A stretch of DNA of 48,983 bases, counting the filler, from Catajapyx aquilonaris (lineage: Eukaryota): assembly GCA_000934665.2 (NCBI GenBank). It is 3 parts of 3 records of this genome, joined end to end, with 100 filler letters (N's around TTAATTAATTAA, not from the genome) between each part and the next. Parts side by side here need not be neighbours in the genome. Positions count along the whole stretch, not along the records: positions 32,837 to 48,983 come from JYFJ02007278.1; 2 more parts are not named here. The stretch is one strand, 5' to 3'. The position numbers were made by a program, and so were the translations under genes. The notes beneath the pieces are model-generated. The model made no database searches, was not told where the DNA came from, and saw only the letters and a program-made list of their open reading frames with translations. Of the stretch, positions 46,662 through 48,983 are shown in pieces. The first letter of the stretch is position 1. Each line of letters begins with the position of its first letter.

Positions 46662-47075
46662 CGGATTGCACACTACACTTGTTTTCGAGGCATTCTAAAC
46701 TTGGAAGTGCTGCTGGAAGAGCTGGAGCATTTCTTGGAGAAGGAGGACCAGGTTCACAAGACACTGCTCCAGGAGAATGTTATTCCCGTGGTTAAAAAGA
46801 TCATCCAGTCGATGAATCGATCTTTCAGGGGTGGTTACAGGGGTGGGCCAAGAGGTGGACGAGGTGGACCTTCAAGAGGTGGACGAGGTGGACCTTCAAG
46901 GGGAGGGCCCAGGGGTGGGAGAGGTAGAGGTGGATTACAAGGTTACAGGGGCAGTACTGGATCAGTGGAGAGTGTTCGGGGTCTAGGTGGACCAAGGGGC
47001 AATTTTAGGGGTGGAAGAGGAGCAGAAGGTGGTGTGTATACAGGAATTTACAAGGATTTTGATGGTGGTTATTGA
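46662..47075 (+). CDS. Paralog 3 last exon with RGG-box tail (joined protein about 603 aa)
   Basis: Acceptor TTCCTTTTTTCTGCAG, phase 0. RIAHYTCFRGILNLEVLL...PVVKK, then FRGGYRGGPRGGRGG...DFDGGY*. Confidence 0.85.
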   Translation, partial: RIAHYTCFRGILNLEVLLEELEHFLEKEDQVHKTLLQENVIPVVKKIIQSMNRSFRGGYRGGPRGGRGGPSRGGRGGPSRGGPRGGRGRGGLQGYRGSTGSVESVRGLGGPRGNFRGGRGAEGGVYTGIYKDFDGGY

Positions 47076-48983
47076 CGTAACCGAGATGATCTTTAAAATA
47101 AATGGATTAATGTCGGAGGCCTTTTTTCATGAATATATATCGTAACAGTGTTGGTAGAGAACTTTTGGTGTGCATAGTCAGGCAGACCTTGATGCATTGG
47201 CGGTATACCATGAACTTGTCGTTGGAAAAATTAGTTTGTGCTATTCAGGGAAGACATTAGACACATTTCAAATAATCAGCAGCTAAAATGAGAGTTGACT
47301 TGCGGGATGGTGTAAATGTGCATGAACAGTGAAAAGTAAGCTTTGGCTTATTTTCATGGCCATGAAACCTGTACAGAGGAGAATCACTCCAATCCGCAGA
47401 ATTTTCTTTTACATTGGTAATTATTTCTAAACTATAACAATAATTCATGCACATGAACACGCCTCTGCAAGTCCGCAAGACCAACAATTAATTTGTGGGA
47501 CCTGGAGCTGCATTTTCACTCTGCTGCTTACTTCTCGTGTCCAATTGTTTTTTGCCTTTCTCCCAGGGCAGGGAGGTTGTGAAACAGCCTTTCATGCAGT
47601 ATTATTTCTACTATATGCAGAGTTTTCTTCATTGAGGGACCTAAAAGTGCTGCCCTTGACCATGTCAAAGGTTCTACTTTATACAAAAAAAAAACATTCC
47701 AGAGATATTCAGCCTTGTTGCCAGGGCTACAAAATTATCAGGTGTTCAAGTTTCATACACATCCAGAGTCAGTGTAGGCAGGTTTCATACTAACTTGAGT
47801 TCATGACACATGCTCATTGCCATCTGTACATGAAATAAATATTATTCTTAGGTTTTGCAGAAATAATATTTGGAAGTTATTGTGGACACTGATGTTGTCG
47901 AGGAGCTACTAAATCCTGTTGATGTACTTTTTTGTTGTATCATTTTATTCAGAGTTGGTGAAGTGCAAGGTGCATTTGGTACTGTTTCATACATGAATGC
48001 TTTAGATTTATTTTTTGTAGTACTAAAGGAGAGGCAGCAATGTTTTCAATGTTGTATGTAGTTGTGATTTCAAAATACAATTTTGGTTACTGATAATATG
48101 CAAATAATTTTTTTTTCAGTTAGTGGACTTAACCACAAAAGGCAAATAATAAGTTCTGATTCTCTACACTCTACAGGAACCATGTCGATTCAAAGAAGTG
48201 GAGCGGACTGCGGAGGTTGGCCTATTCCTAGAACGTCTGTCTGCCTGTGAGCTGGGAAGCCATATTGAACTAGTTCCTCATCATCCAGAATAGTGGTAAA
48301 TTATGGGGAAAGCCTAGATAAGATGGTATGAAGTACCTGGAGATGGGGACGAGTGTGAGGCTGTGGAGGCTGCTGTTAAAAATTGGTCAAAAGGTAAGTG
48401 AACTGTAATCAATTGAATCAGTCTTGCACCCAAGTTTTAAGTGCCAACTGGAATAATGTTTACTGATGGTATTGCTACTTCTCTCCTTTGTAATTACCTA
48501 GCAGAATGGTGCTCTACATCAGTCATTCTCATTCAGGCTTCCACCTAATAATCAATTTAACGCTCTTTAAAAAAAAGAAGCTCCATTGACAGCCTGGATC
48601 AGGGTACTCAGTACTGTACCATATATTGGCTCATTTAATGATATTTAATAATTTTGATTAAAAGGGCATTTATTGCAGCACTTTGCACAATGTCCTTATT
48701 CGTATATTGAGACGCCATTGAAACATGACATGAAGCACCTGCTCCAATTTAACATTCCCCAGTGATTGCCCCTTTGGCACAATATCATCGATGCAAATCT
48801 ATGGACGTGTTATAGATCTCATGTGACTGTTGGCCACGGTTAACTGCTGCAATATTATGTAAATGTGAATAGCAGAATAAGTAGCAGTACTATTGACCGC
48901 AAAAGTAATGTCGCGACTGTTTATGTGCTTTTGTGTTCATGTGTTGGTAATCCTGGACTCTGCCGGGTTACGGACATGTTTAT

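Noticed and set aside
48177..48393. Exon-like segment (CTCTACAG...AAG|GTAAGT)
   Set aside because: Good splice-like sites, but the frames I read contain stops and show no similarity to the IFIT-like genes. It cannot be called.

Overview
Eukaryotic (very likely arthropod/insect) genomic DNA, made of three contigs joined by artificial N44-TTAATTAATTAA-N44 spacers (16387-16486, 32737-32836), so adjacency across the spacers is not established. Contig 1 holds an ankyrin-repeat/SOCS-box (ASB-type) gene on the minus strand, many MITEs and SINEs, and a Helitron/Helentron-derived zone. That zone has a PIF1-type helicase remnant, a palindrome with 225-bp arms and a tandem array of GC-hairpin cassettes, one with a flipped loop. 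Contig 2 is a dense transposon nest: LTRs, a deleted chromodomain-bearing Ty3/Gypsy interrupted by a Helitron, two hAT elements, Sola-like, Penelope-like, Myb/SANT and EnSpm/CACTA remnants, plus an orphan RRM exon. Contig 3 is the most interesting. It carries a tandem cluster of three IFIT-like TPR genes (LQCHFNW signature, shared phase-0 intron). Two have RGG-rich C-terminal exons, and the two with intact 5' regions share a near-palindromic NF-kB site followed 33-34 bp later by a CCAAT box. This is a candidate interferon-independent, NF-kB-inducible antiviral RNA-binding gene cluster in an invertebrate. All family calls come from motif recognition by eye; no database search was run.
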